A stretch of 32,000 nt of DNA from assembly GCF_000020385.1 (NCBI RefSeq), contig NC_010814.1, positions 2,970,001 through 3,002,000 of the forward strand, written 5' to 3'. Below the pieces are notes generated by a model, which made no database searches, was not told the DNA's origin, and saw only the letters and a list, made by a program, of their open reading frames with translations. Shown here in pieces: positions 7,339-16,202 of the stretch. A program made the position numbers and the translations under genes. This DNA is from Trichlorobacter lovleyi SZ (GTDB lineage: Bacteria; Desulfobacterota; Desulfuromonadia; Geobacterales; Pseudopelobacteraceae). Position 1 is the first letter of the stretch. Every line of letters starts with the position of its first letter.

Positions 7339-8046
7339 CTAGCCCTGACTTGACAAGGCGCGACGGACTTCAGCCTCAACCGCAGCGGGCTTTGCATCCC
7401 CCTGCACACCGACAAACAGATAGTTTTTGGCTCCTTCAAGTGTAACAATATGGCCGGATGCCCCTTGAACCACCGCCCCTTTGAAGCTGCCAAGCCCCAG
7501 CTCATCGGCGATTTGATTGGATGTCGCAACCAGGTACATCCCCTGGGCAGCAAGGGCCTCGGCATTGCTGCCAACAGACTGGAGCAGCGTGCCGCCCCGA
7601 TCAGTCAAGGCAACGTCTTGCAAACCTGCAATACCGGACAATCGTTCCTTCATGCCTCCCCCCTTTTGCGACTGTACTGTGCCTGATGCTGGAGCGTGCT
7701 GCTCCATACCTGCCGCAATCTCATCCTGCAGACGCAGGGCATCCAGCAAAAGATACTGAAAACTCTCGTTGATTGTCTGCCTGGTGGTGCTTACCTTGGG
7801 TTCGGCACGAAACGTGCCGCCGCCCCAGGCCAGAATACGCGCAAAAGCATCTTTACCCTCAAAGTGGTCAAGCTGGGCATGGACCAGATCGCCGTCACGG
7901 AAGAAGAGATGACCGGATTGCCCCCCCTGCTCCACCACAATCCTGCCACTGAAACGTCCCATCGCCTTAATCTGCAACAGGTCTGTCAGGCTCATACCTG
8001 ACACTTCGCCATCAAATCCTGCTGCCTGCTGAGCTATACCACTCAT
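7339..8046 (-). CDS. PATAN (DUF4388) domain - Roadblock/LC7 domain fusion protein
   Basis: Start ATG 8046 is preceded by AAGGAGG with a 4-nt spacer; the ORF-track start at 8103 has no RBS. The N-terminal half matches the DUF4388/PATAN pattern (SLTDLLQ...GRFSGRIVVEQGGQSGHLFFRDGDLVHAQ...GKDAFARILAWGGGTFRAE). The C-terminal half is Roadblock-like (GLQDVALTDRGGTLL...GHIVTLEGAKNYLFV). Confidence 0.75.
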   Translation of the reverse strand: MSGIAQQAAGFDGEVSGMSLTDLLQIKAMGRFSGRIVVEQGGQSGHLFFRDGDLVHAQLDHFEGKDAFARILAWGGGTFRAEPKVSTTRQTINESFQYLLLDALRLQDEIAAGMEQHAPASGTVQSQKGGGMKERLSGIAGLQDVALTDRGGTLLQSVGSNAEALAAQGMYLVATSNQIADELGLGSFKGAVVQGASGHIVTLEGAKNYLFVGVQGDAKPAAVEAEVRRALSSQG

Positions 8047-8171
8047 GACGCCTCCTTTACCTGGCAGTAACAAGGTACATAACAGCTGTTTAAGCCACTG
8101 CAATCACAAGATCATATTGTTTCCATTATGATTCTTATATAATAGCAATATTCGCATGTTCGAATTGGATC

Positions 8172-8199
8172 AGTTTACATAAAACATCGTTTATGTCAA
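8172..8199 (-). promoter_or_regulatory. Sigma70-like promoter for the PATAN/Roadblock operon with embedded inverted repeat
   Basis: On the minus strand: TTGACA (8199-8194), a 16-nt spacer, then TAAACT (8177-8172). The site lies in an AT-rich intergenic region. A 7-bp inverted repeat ACATAAA/TTTATGT (8177-8183 / 8190-8196) spans the spacer. Confidence 0.45.
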
Positions 8200-8250
8200 T
8201 CCTACACATTGTAAAGCCAGATTCCAGCACCGGCCCGTTGCTGCGCAGAC

Positions 8251-8277
8251 TTGACTTAACCCGCTCTTTGGTATAGA
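8251..8277 (+). promoter_or_regulatory. Possible sigma70-like promoter for tRNA-Thr
   Basis: TTGACT (8251-8256) is followed by TATAGA (8272-8277), about 17 nt upstream of the mature tRNA 5' end. The 15-nt spacer is shorter than optimal, so this call is tentative. Confidence 0.3.
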
Positions 8278-8293
8278 AGATGAGCCTCTCCAG

Positions 8294-8369
<76 letters not shown>

Positions 8370-8379
8370 GCAAACGCAG

Positions 8380-8412
8380 AGAGGTTCTCCTCACGGACAA
8401 CCTCTTTTTGTT
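8380..8412 (+). terminator. Rho-independent terminator after tRNA-Thr
   Basis: Stem AGAGGTT (8380-8386) pairs with AACCTCT (8399-8405) around a 12-nt loop, followed by TTTTTGTTTG. Confidence 0.6.
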
Positions 8413-8583
8413 TGCCTGATGTGACAGCTATAACGGCATTAATTCATGGATGCCAAGCTATGGCTGCATGATCTGATAAAATTCCAAAACAGTGCTGATC
8501 GTAACAAAAGCTGCAATGACAGAGCCATGGACATCTGTTATAGTGCTCAACCACGCACTGACTATGAACCAGAGGTGATGCCA

Positions 8584-10044
8584 ATGCCGATGCTTAACCT
8601 TCGAGACTCCTCCCTTTTACGCCAATCCTGTTACCTTAACGGCCAGTGGCTTGCCGCAGACAGCGGCAAAACCATTGATGTCACCAACCCTGCCACCGGT
8701 GAAGTTCTGGGTACCATCCCCAAAATGGGTACTGCTGAAACCCGGCGTGCCATTGAAGCGGCCGATGCAGCCTGGCCGGCCTGGCGGGCAAAGACCGCCA
8801 AAGAGCGGGCAACCATCCTGCGGCGCTGGTTTGAGCTGATGCTTGAAAACCAGGAAGACTTGGCGGTTATCATGACTGCCGAGCAGGGCAAGCCACTGGC
8901 AGAGTCCCGTGGTGAGATCTCCTATGCCGCCTCCTTTATCGAGTGGTTTGCAGAAGAAGGCAAACGACTCTACGGTGACACCATCCCTGCCCATGCTGCT
9001 GACAAACGGATTGTGGTCATCAAAGAACCGATCGGTGTCTGTGCTGCCATCACCCCCTGGAACTTCCCTTCTGCCATGATTACCCGTAAAGCCGGCCCTG
9101 CCCTGGCTGCCGGTTGCACCATGGTGGTCAAACCTGCCACCGCCACCCCTTTCTCGGCACTGGCCCTGGCTGAACTGGGTGAACGGGCTGGCATCCCTGC
9201 CGGGGTGTTCAGCGTCATCACCGGTTCATCCAGTGAGATCGGCACTGAAATGACCTCCAACCCGATCATCCGTAAACTGACCTTTACCGGCTCCACCGAA
9301 ATCGGCAAACAGCTGACCGCCCAGTGTGCTGCCACCATGAAGAAAGTCTCCATGGAACTGGGAGGCAATGCACCGTTTATTGTCTTTGATGATGCTGACC
9401 TTGATGCAGCCGTAGAAGGGGCCATCGCCTCCAAGTACCGCAACACCGGACAGACCTGTGTCTGCACCAACCGCCTGCTGGTACAGGCTGGTGTCTATGA
9501 CCTGTTTGCAGAGAAACTGGCAACCGCAGTTGCCAAGATGCGGGTGGGTGATGGCCTCAAGGATGATGTCCAGCAGGGACCACTGATTGATGAGGCCTCA
9601 GTACAAAAAGTGGAAGAGCATATCCATGATGCTGTATCCAAAGGGGCCCGCATAGCATTAGGCGGCAAACGCCATGAACTGGGCGGCACCTTCTTCCAGC
9701 CCACCATCCTCTGTGATGTCACCCCCCAGATGCTGGTGGCACGGGAAGAGACCTTTGGGCCGGTGGCACCGATCTTCAAGTTCACCACTGATGCAGAAGC
9801 GATCCGGATGGCCAATGATACCGAATTCGGTCTGGCCTCCTACTTCTACACCCGTGACATCGGACGGGTCTGGCGGGTGGCAGAGGCACTGGAGTACGGC
9901 ATGGTGGGAATCAACACCGGCCTGGTTTCCACCGAAATCGCCCCCTTTGGCGGCGTCAAAGAGTCAGGCATCGGCCGCGAAGGCTCCAGATACGGCATCG
10001 AGGAGTTCTGTGAAATAAAGTATCTCTGTATGGGCGGGATATAA
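8584..10044 (+). CDS. gabD: Succinate-semialdehyde dehydrogenase [NAD(P)+]
   Basis: By recall, the protein is collinear and very similar along its full length to E. coli GabD ([61 protein letters not shown], catalytic [19 protein letters not shown]). The start is set at ATG 8584, 8 nt after GAGG at 8572-8575. ATG 8578 and 8590 are alternatives. The 46-codon in-frame extension back to 8446 is AT-rich and has no counterpart in GabD. Confidence 0.9.
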   Translation: MPMLNLRDSSLLRQSCYLNGQWLAADSGKTIDVTNPATGEVLGTIPKMGTAETRRAIEAADAAWPAWRAKTAKERATILRRWFELMLENQEDLAVIMTAEQGKPLAESRGEISYAASFIEWFAEEGKRLYGDTIPAHAADKRIVVIKEPIGVCAAITPWNFPSAMITRKAGPALAAGCTMVVKPATATPFSALALAELGERAGIPAGVFSVITGSSSEIGTEMTSNPIIRKLTFTGSTEIGKQLTAQCAATMKKVSMELGGNAPFIVFDDADLDAAVEGAIASKYRNTGQTCVCTNRLLVQAGVYDLFAEKLATAVAKMRVGDGLKDDVQQGPLIDEASVQKVEEHIHDAVSKGARIALGGKRHELGGTFFQPTILCDVTPQMLVAREETFGPVAPIFKFTTDAEAIRMANDTEFGLASYFYTRDIGRVWRVAEALEYGMVGINTGLVSTEIAPFGGVKESGIGREGSRYGIEEFCEIKYLCMGGI

Positions 10045-10050
10045 CAACCG

Positions 10051-12852
10051 ATGAGCTTTCTGCACCCTTCATTACGGGCCAGAATGACCCTGGCAGTGAC
10101 CGGCCTGATCCTGGTCCTGATGCTGGTAACGGCCATAGTCACGCTGACTTTTTTTGAGCGGGAATATGAGCGGAACATGACTGCGCAACAGTCTGATGTC
10201 GTTCGTTACCTTGCCGGAGATGTTGATGCCACATTAAGCAACATTCTGGAGGCGTTGTTCGTCAATGCTCGGTCGGTACCGGACAGCGCCTTGACCAACC
10301 CCCATGCGGCGCAAGAGTACCTTGCAAGCCGCACCGGACTGCAACGTTTTTTCAAGAATCACCTGCACCTGTATGGAGCGAACGGCCGCTTGATCGGCAC
10401 GTCAGCTCAGCATCATCACGCCACCTCGGAATCAATTGCCGGCCAGCAGTACTTCAAACAGACCATGCAGCAGGCCAAACCGCTGATCAGTGATCCAACA
10501 AGCCATGGACACACTGAAAACCAGGCTAATATCGTCTTCACCGCACCTGTTATACGCGGAAACGGACAGGTTGTTGCCGTCTTGACCGGCAGCTTCAACC
10601 TGTACGAAAAGAACCCGCTTTCCCGTTATGTTTCGATAACTTTGGGGAAAAGCGGTATTTTGCGTATTATTTCAAACAGCGGCCAGGTTCTGCTCCACGC
10701 ACGAAACAGCCGGATTCTTCAGAATGCCTCTCAAGGAGCCGGCCCGCTTGTTGAAAAGGCATTACGGGAAGGCACGGCAACCGGTCGCCACATCGGCATG
10801 GACAATCAGGTTCTGATCGCCTCCATGCAGCGCCTGAACACAGTCAACTGGGTGCTGGCTGCCAGTTATCCGGAGACGGACGCCTACGCTCCGGTCCGCA
10901 CCGCACGGACCTGGTTCATTATTGCCACCCTGCTCGGCATGGCAGTGGCAGTACTGCTCGTACTGTTCATGATGCGCCTGCTGACCCGGCCGCTGGCCCA
11001 ACTGGCCAGCCATGTGGCAGAGCTGCCGGAAAAACGGGGCGCTGAACGCTTCATCCACCTACCGGTCAATGGTGAGATCGGTAACCTGACCGGAGCCTTC
11101 AACAGCATGGTGGAAGAGATTGACCAAAGCACCCAGGCGTTGCGCAACAGTGAGCAGCGCTATCGAATTGTGACTGAGTTTACCAATGATTTCACCTACT
11201 GGCGACGGCCTGACGGCAGCTTTGAGTTTATTTCACCAGCCTGTCTCGAAGTAACCGGCTACAGTCGTGAAGAACTGTTTGCCCAGCCGTCCCTGATGGA
11301 AGAGATGATCCATCCCGGCGACCGTGAAATGTTTGACCGGATGGCGGCTGAAAGCGGGGAGGAGATCAACTGCAACAATGAAGAGCTGGAATACCGCATC
11401 ATCACCAAAGGAGGCAATACCCGCTGGGTGCGCCACACCTGCCGCCCGATCGTTGATGAAAACGGTGTCTTTCTGGGACGCCGGGGCTGCCGCTCCGATA
11501 TCACCGAGCACAAACAACTGGCTGACCAGGTCTCGCATATGGTGCTGCATGATCTGCTGACCGGACTGCCCAACCGCTCGCTGTTTGCTGACCGGCTGTT
11601 CCTTGCAACCGCCCAGAGAGAACGTGGCGATCACGATTTGACGGTGGTGTTGTTCTTCGGCATCGACCGTTTCAAACTGATTAATGATACCCTGGGGCAT
11701 GAAACCGGTGACCGGCTCTTGATCATGGTTGCAGAACGGCTACGGAAGCTGTTGCATCCCAATGACACCCTTTGCCGTTTTGGCGGTGATGTCTTTGCCT
11801 TTATCCTGCCGGGCCGCGAAAGCCGCCATGAAGCGGTAACCATGTCGTACCGGGTTCTGGCCAGCCTGGCTGATCCCTTCAATCCGTCCGGTCAGCAAGT
11901 CACCTTGAGCGGCAGTATCGGTATTGCCATCTCCCCCCAGGATGGCACCGACGCGGAAACGCTGCAGAAAAATGCCGAAACCGCCATGTACGATGCCAAA
12001 CGCAGCGGCAAAAACAGCTTCCGCTTCTATGCCCGCGAGATGAATGCCCAGGCAGCCGAAATGCTGCGTCTGGACAACAGCATGCCCCAGGGCCTTGTCA
12101 ATGGCGACTTTTACCTCCACTACCAGCCGCAGCTGAACCTGGAAGACAACTCGGTCGTTGCAGTCGAAGCACTTTTACGCTGGCGCCACCCGGAACTGGG
12201 AATGATCCCTCCTGACCGCTTTATCCCCCTGGCAGAGGAAAGCGGTTTCATCATAAAGCTGGGCGAATGGGTGCTGCGTACTGCCTGTGCCCAGTGCGCG
12301 GCATGGCAACAGGATGGCCCGGCCCCTTTGCGGATTGCCGTCAACGTATCCGGTTGCCAGTTCAATGAACCTGATTTTGTTGACATGGTCTCCACCGCAC
12401 TGAGCAGCAGTGGTCTTTCCCCGGAGTATCTTGAACTGGAACTGACTGAAAGTCTTTTGATTTCAAACGAGCAGCAGGCGCTACAAAAACTGCAATTGCT
12501 GAAAAGTATGGGGATCTATCTGGCCATTGACGACTTTGGCACCGGATACTCATCATTGGCCTATCTGAAACATTTCCCGCTGGATCGTCTCAAGATCGAC
12601 AAATCATTTATTAACGATATTCTGACTGACCCTGATGATGCCGCCATTACCGAGGCGATCATCGCCATGGGACACTCGCTGAAGCTGAAGGTAATTGCAG
12701 AAGGGGTTGAAACGAGGGAGCAACTGCTCTTCCTTGAAGACAGGGGCTGTGATGAGATGCAGGGTTACTACCTGAGCAAGCCGCTGTCTGAGCATGACCT
12801 GAAGGTCTTCATTACCGCCCGGGCAGCGGACAGCGCGAAGGAGACAACATAA
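10051..12852 (+). CDS. dCache-like periplasmic sensor - TM - HAMP - PAS - degenerate GGDEF - EAL protein (probable c-di-GMP phosphodiesterase)
   Basis: Two TM segments bracket a ~270-aa periplasmic domain with Cache-like features. HAMP (RPLAQLASHVAEL...GNLTGAFNSMVEEI) and PAS domains follow. The GGDEF position reads GGDVF (11782-11796). EAL motifs are intact: EALLRW at 12166-, DDFGTGYSSLAYL, KIDKSF, EGVETREQ, QGYYL. The gene starts 6 nt after the gabD stop. Confidence 0.9.
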   Translation: MSFLHPSLRARMTLAVTGLILVLMLVTAIVTLTFFEREYERNMTAQQSDVVRYLAGDVDATLSNILEALFVNARSVPDSALTNPHAAQEYLASRTGLQRFFKNHLHLYGANGRLIGTSAQHHHATSESIAGQQYFKQTMQQAKPLISDPTSHGHTENQANIVFTAPVIRGNGQVVAVLTGSFNLYEKNPLSRYVSITLGKSGILRIISNSGQVLLHARNSRILQNASQGAGPLVEKALREGTATGRHIGMDNQVLIASMQRLNTVNWVLAASYPETDAYAPVRTARTWFIIATLLGMAVAVLLVLFMMRLLTRPLAQLASHVAELPEKRGAERFIHLPVNGEIGNLTGAFNSMVEEIDQSTQALRNSEQRYRIVTEFTNDFTYWRRPDGSFEFISPACLEVTGYSREELFAQPSLMEEMIHPGDREMFDRMAAESGEEINCNNEELEYRIITKGGNTRWVRHTCRPIVDENGVFLGRRGCRSDITEHKQLADQVSHMVLHDLLTGLPNRSLFADRLFLATAQRERGDHDLTVVLFFGIDRFKLINDTLGHETGDRLLIMVAERLRKLLHPNDTLCRFGGDVFAFILPGRESRHEAVTMSYRVLASLADPFNPSGQQVTLSGSIGIAISPQDGTDAETLQKNAETAMYDAKRSGKNSFRFYAREMNAQAAEMLRLDNSMPQGLVNGDFYLHYQPQLNLEDNSVVAVEALLRWRHPELGMIPPDRFIPLAEESGFIIKLGEWVLRTACAQCAAWQQDGPAPLRIAVNVSGCQFNEPDFVDMVSTALSSSGLSPEYLELELTESLLISNEQQALQKLQLLKSMGIYLAIDDFGTGYSSLAYLKHFPLDRLKIDKSFINDILTDPDDAAITEAIIAMGHSLKLKVIAEGVETREQLLFLEDRGCDEMQGYYLSKPLSEHDLKVFITARAADSAKETT

Positions 12853-12901
12853 CACAATGGTAACAGGGAGTAGCTGAACAGCGGGTTATTACCGACAATA
12901 C

Positions 12902-12938
12902 AAAAGCGGAGTGAGAAACCAAATCCCACCCCGCTTTA
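12902..12938. terminator. Hairpin between convergent genes (possible bidirectional terminator)
   Basis: AAAGCGGAGTG...CACCCCGCTTT forms 10 bp with one A/C mismatch and a 13-nt loop. It is T-rich after the stem on the plus strand (TTTAAT) and on the minus strand (TTTTGTATTG). Confidence 0.45.
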
Positions 12939-12965
12939 ATGCACCAGTCGACCAGCTGTTTACTT

Positions 12966-14600
12966 TTACTGCAGCCTGAAGCGGGAAACCGCCCCATGCA
13001 GCCCTTCCGCCATCCCCGAAAGGTTCGATGCAGCATCAGCAGTCTCATGGGAGCCGCGGGCCGTATCCTGAATAATCTGGGTCATGCGGTGAATATTGTC
13101 GGTAATCTCACCGGTGGTGGCACTCTGTTCTTCTGCTGCGGTGGCAATCTGCCTGACCTGGTCGGCAACCGCATCGATCTCAGCCAGAATCTGCTCCAGG
13201 GCAGCACCGGAGCGTTCGGCATCATGGGTCCCTGCCTCAACTTCACGAACCCCTTCATTCATGGCATTCACCGCACTTCTGGTTTCCGACTGGATGGCCT
13301 TGATCATCTCGCCGATCTCACGGGTAGCCTTGGTAGTTCGCTCTGCCAGGGCACGCACTTCATCCGCAACCACAGCAAAGCCCCGCCCCATTTCACCGGC
13401 ACGGGCCGCTTCAATAGCCGCGTTCAGGGCCAGCAGATTGGTCTGGTCGGCAATATCCTCAATAGTGGCAACAATGGCGCCGATCTGGTCGGAGCGGGCT
13501 CCGAGCGAATCAACCGTGCGGGCAGTATCCTGTACGCGATTGGCGATCCTGCGCATCCCTTCAACGGTCTGACGTACGACATCGGATCCGGACTGGGCAG
13601 CCTGATTAGCCCGCTGGGAACCCTCAACGGCAATCTGGCAGCTGTGGGCAATATCATGACTGGTTGCCGCCATCTCTTCGCTGGCTGTGGCAACGCTGAT
13701 CGTCTGTGCTGCTGCAACTTCGGCCCCACCGGCGATCTCTGTCGAGGTCCCCTGCAACTCTCTGGTTGCCGAAGAGACGGCACCGGTGGTTGCATTTACC
13801 TGGGCGATCAGATCCCGCAACTGCTGTACCATGGCTGCAAATGACCGGGCAAGATTGCCCATCTCATCACAGCAATGCGCATCAACCGTCACGGTCAGAT
13901 CACCCTCAGCCACCTGCTGAAAACGTTTTTGCAACTGCTGCAGCGGGTTGCTGATCCGGCCGGAAACAAAGATGCCGATGGCAAGTGCCACAGCCACTGC
14001 CGCAATCGACATGATCAGCGAAAAAATCAGGGCGGTCTTGGCCAGCTGGGCGTTGTTGGCAGCGGTTTCCTTGGCATGCTTCACGCTGACCGTTGCCATC
14101 TTGTCCAACCCTCGCAACATGGCGTTTGCATGGCGTCCGGCATCTCCCTTGGCAAGCTGCAATGCCTCTTCGCTTTTCCCAGCCATTGAAAGATCAATCA
14201 TCTGCTTCAAAAGTGGTACATAGGCATCAAAGGATGTCTTGAACTCTGCAAAGGCGGCTTTTTCTTCAACACCATCCATCTTTTTGACATAGGCGGCGGT
14301 CTTGGCCTCCAGTGCAGCCAGACTCTCCTGCAGGCTGTCGGCAATTTCCTCCCGCTCATCTGGGTCGGTTGCGCCGATCAGGGCACGGGTACTGATCCTG
14401 TTCAGCAGAAAGGCCTGGGTGATATCCCGCAGACCGGCCAGCGGCACCGCCACTTCCTGATACATGAAGGTATCAGCCTTCTTCATCTTCTGGATATTGA
14501 CAACACTGACCACCCCCAGCAGGCCGGCAAAGGCGGCCACCACCAGAAAGGCAATCACCAGCTTGGTCTTGATCCCCAGATTTTCAAATGAACTCAACAT
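12966..14600 (-). CDS. Methyl-accepting chemotaxis protein (four-helix-bundle sensor, HAMP, MA signalling domain)
   Basis: An N-terminal TM is followed by a ~170-aa helical periplasmic domain, a second TM and HAMP (PLQQLQKRFQQVAEGDLTV). The highly conserved MCP hairpin tip is present (IEDIADQTNLLALNAAIEAARAGEMGRGFAVVADEVRALAERT). ATG 14600 has a GGGGAGGGG RBS. Confidence 0.93.
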   Translation of the reverse strand: MLSSFENLGIKTKLVIAFLVVAAFAGLLGVVSVVNIQKMKKADTFMYQEVAVPLAGLRDITQAFLLNRISTRALIGATDPDEREEIADSLQESLAALEAKTAAYVKKMDGVEEKAAFAEFKTSFDAYVPLLKQMIDLSMAGKSEEALQLAKGDAGRHANAMLRGLDKMATVSVKHAKETAANNAQLAKTALIFSLIMSIAAVAVALAIGIFVSGRISNPLQQLQKRFQQVAEGDLTVTVDAHCCDEMGNLARSFAAMVQQLRDLIAQVNATTGAVSSATRELQGTSTEIAGGAEVAAAQTISVATASEEMAATSHDIAHSCQIAVEGSQRANQAAQSGSDVVRQTVEGMRRIANRVQDTARTVDSLGARSDQIGAIVATIEDIADQTNLLALNAAIEAARAGEMGRGFAVVADEVRALAERTTKATREIGEMIKAIQSETRSAVNAMNEGVREVEAGTHDAERSGAALEQILAEIDAVADQVRQIATAAEEQSATTGEITDNIHRMTQIIQDTARGSHETADAASNLSGMAEGLHGAVSRFRLQ

Positions 14601-14621
14601 ATCCCCTCCCCTTCTGCCTGC

Positions 14622-16175
14622 TTATCGCTTTTCTATCTTATCCCACGTGGGTTTTTCATGCGGATTCTGCAGCCTGAACAGCAGATAGGCCGCAGCCTTT
14701 TTCAGTTTTTCCGTGCTCTTGATTTCACTGGCAAACCGCTCCAGCGCTGCAACCATGCGTGCACGTGAGTAATCAGCAAGCACCTCATGCTCGATCACCG
14801 TCCGCAACAGCCCCAGGACCTGCTTATGTTGTTCAGCCTCTTCCAGTTTGCACGGATCAATCAGAAAAACCAGCAGCCAGGCCATGACCCGCTCTTCATT
14901 ACCGGCAGCAGAAGCGGCAAACTGGAGCAACACGGTTGCCAGACTGCTCTGCTCGGCAGCATTGAGCGAACTCTTTTCCAGGTATTCCCGCAGATAACGT
15001 AACGCGGCAAGATGATGCCGGGCTCCCGAAACATTGAAAAGCAGCAGATTGGCAGCCTGGGGTTTCAGTTCCTCATGCTGGTCGCTTTTCAGGAAGCTGT
15101 GCAGAATACGGGCAATCTTGTCAGAGGCCAGATCGGAAAGGCCACCACCGGTCAGCTTGCTCTTAACGGTCGACAACAGTTCCCGTTTAACCGGATGACC
15201 ACTGTACACCACTGCCATGATACCATCCCTGACCTCATCATCGGCAGCAAACTCCCACAACTCCTCAACCTGTTTCAGGATGCTGGAACGGAAGCGCTTG
15301 ACCTTGTCCATCTTGGTAATCTCTTCAGGTTCCCAGCTCTCCGGCCAGGTATCAATATGGTTGTCCACCTCGTCTTCATTCCAGGTCTTGTCCAGCAAAA
15401 AACAGAAATAAGTCAGAATCTTGAGCTGATAGACCTTGCCCCCTTCCTGCAGGGGACGCAGCAGGTCTTCCAGGTAGCTGGCAGTCAGACCGCAGGTACC
15501 ACTACAGAGAAAACGGTAGACGCTTTCCCCTTTTTCAACCTGTTTCTCAATGTATTTGGCCTTGAGATGGGCACCCAGTGCCGTGGTGGAAACCTTCTTG
15601 AAGAAGACCGACAGCAGGTTGGTAGCATGGTGCTTGACCGGCATCTCGATCTCATCAGAGAGTACAATATCCAGGCAGGCATTGAAGATCTTGACCTGTT
15701 CCGTCTCATCCTCCGAGGCATCGATATACTGTTCAAGGATATCAATAATCTCGACAATGTGGGAACGATTGCGACTGGAAAGCAGACTGGTCAGGGTAAT
15801 CCGCAACGAATCGGCATCCACGATCCCGAACAGAAACCTGACCGCAGCATTACGCCGGGCAGGCCCCTTGTGTTCGGCCGAGCGCAGCACCTGCAGAATA
15901 CTGGCAGCCGGGTCCGCCACCCAGCCGGGGATCAGCGCCTCCAGCAGCAGTTCTGCCTTGCGACGGATATGGGCGTCGAGGTCATTGACAAAATAGCGGG
16001 CGATCTCGATCTTGAACTCGCGGCCGGCATTGGATTCTACAATCAGTGAAAAGGCCGTAGCCTTATCCTTGGCAGAGAGCTTGGCCATATCTTTTTTGGC
16101 CCGGGCGCTGTCATTGATCTTGATATAAAATCCAATAATATCTTTAACGCCTACTTCTTCTTCAAAATCCTTCAT
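14622..16175 (-). CDS. Hypothetical cytoplasmic protein, predicted all-alpha/HEAT-like repeat, function unknown
   Basis: The 517-aa ORF has a clear ATG preceded by GGGGG. It has no TM segments and no motif I recognise. Composition is helical, with Leu/Glu/Lys-rich ~40-aa periodic segments. It lies 27 nt after rnhA and 21 nt before the MCP gene, so it is probably co-transcribed. Coding status is supported by its length and gene packing. Confidence 0.7.
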   Translation of the reverse strand: MKDFEEEVGVKDIIGFYIKINDSARAKKDMAKLSAKDKATAFSLIVESNAGREFKIEIARYFVNDLDAHIRRKAELLLEALIPGWVADPAASILQVLRSAEHKGPARRNAAVRFLFGIVDADSLRITLTSLLSSRNRSHIVEIIDILEQYIDASEDETEQVKIFNACLDIVLSDEIEMPVKHHATNLLSVFFKKVSTTALGAHLKAKYIEKQVEKGESVYRFLCSGTCGLTASYLEDLLRPLQEGGKVYQLKILTYFCFLLDKTWNEDEVDNHIDTWPESWEPEEITKMDKVKRFRSSILKQVEELWEFAADDEVRDGIMAVVYSGHPVKRELLSTVKSKLTGGGLSDLASDKIARILHSFLKSDQHEELKPQAANLLLFNVSGARHHLAALRYLREYLEKSSLNAAEQSSLATVLLQFAASAAGNEERVMAWLLVFLIDPCKLEEAEQHKQVLGLLRTVIEHEVLADYSRARMVAALERFASEIKSTEKLKKAAAYLLFRLQNPHEKPTWDKIEKR

Positions 16176-16202
16176 GGCACCCCCGCTGTGGGTTCTGGCA
16201 TT

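Noticed and set aside
8446-8583. 46-codon in-frame N-terminal extension of gabD (the ORF track starts at 8446).
   Set aside because: The extension is AT-rich and has no counterpart in GabD homologues, whose N-terminus aligns with [20 protein letters not shown] sits just before the 8578/8584/8590 ATG cluster. An open frame of this length has a reasonable chance probability.
15012-16049. 345-aa plus-strand ORF. Similar long antisense ORFs occur at 12939-13844 (+), 19071-20030 (-), 21070-21900 (-), 17658-18416 (-), 27401-28225 (+), 31021-31785 (+) and 896-1717 (+).
   Set aside because: Each lies entirely opposite a gene with strong family motifs. Their products are low-complexity (Q/G/R/S/P-rich) and they lack an RBS. 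ORF 21070-21900 even spans three well-supported plus-strand genes. These are typical shadow ORFs of GC-rich coding DNA.
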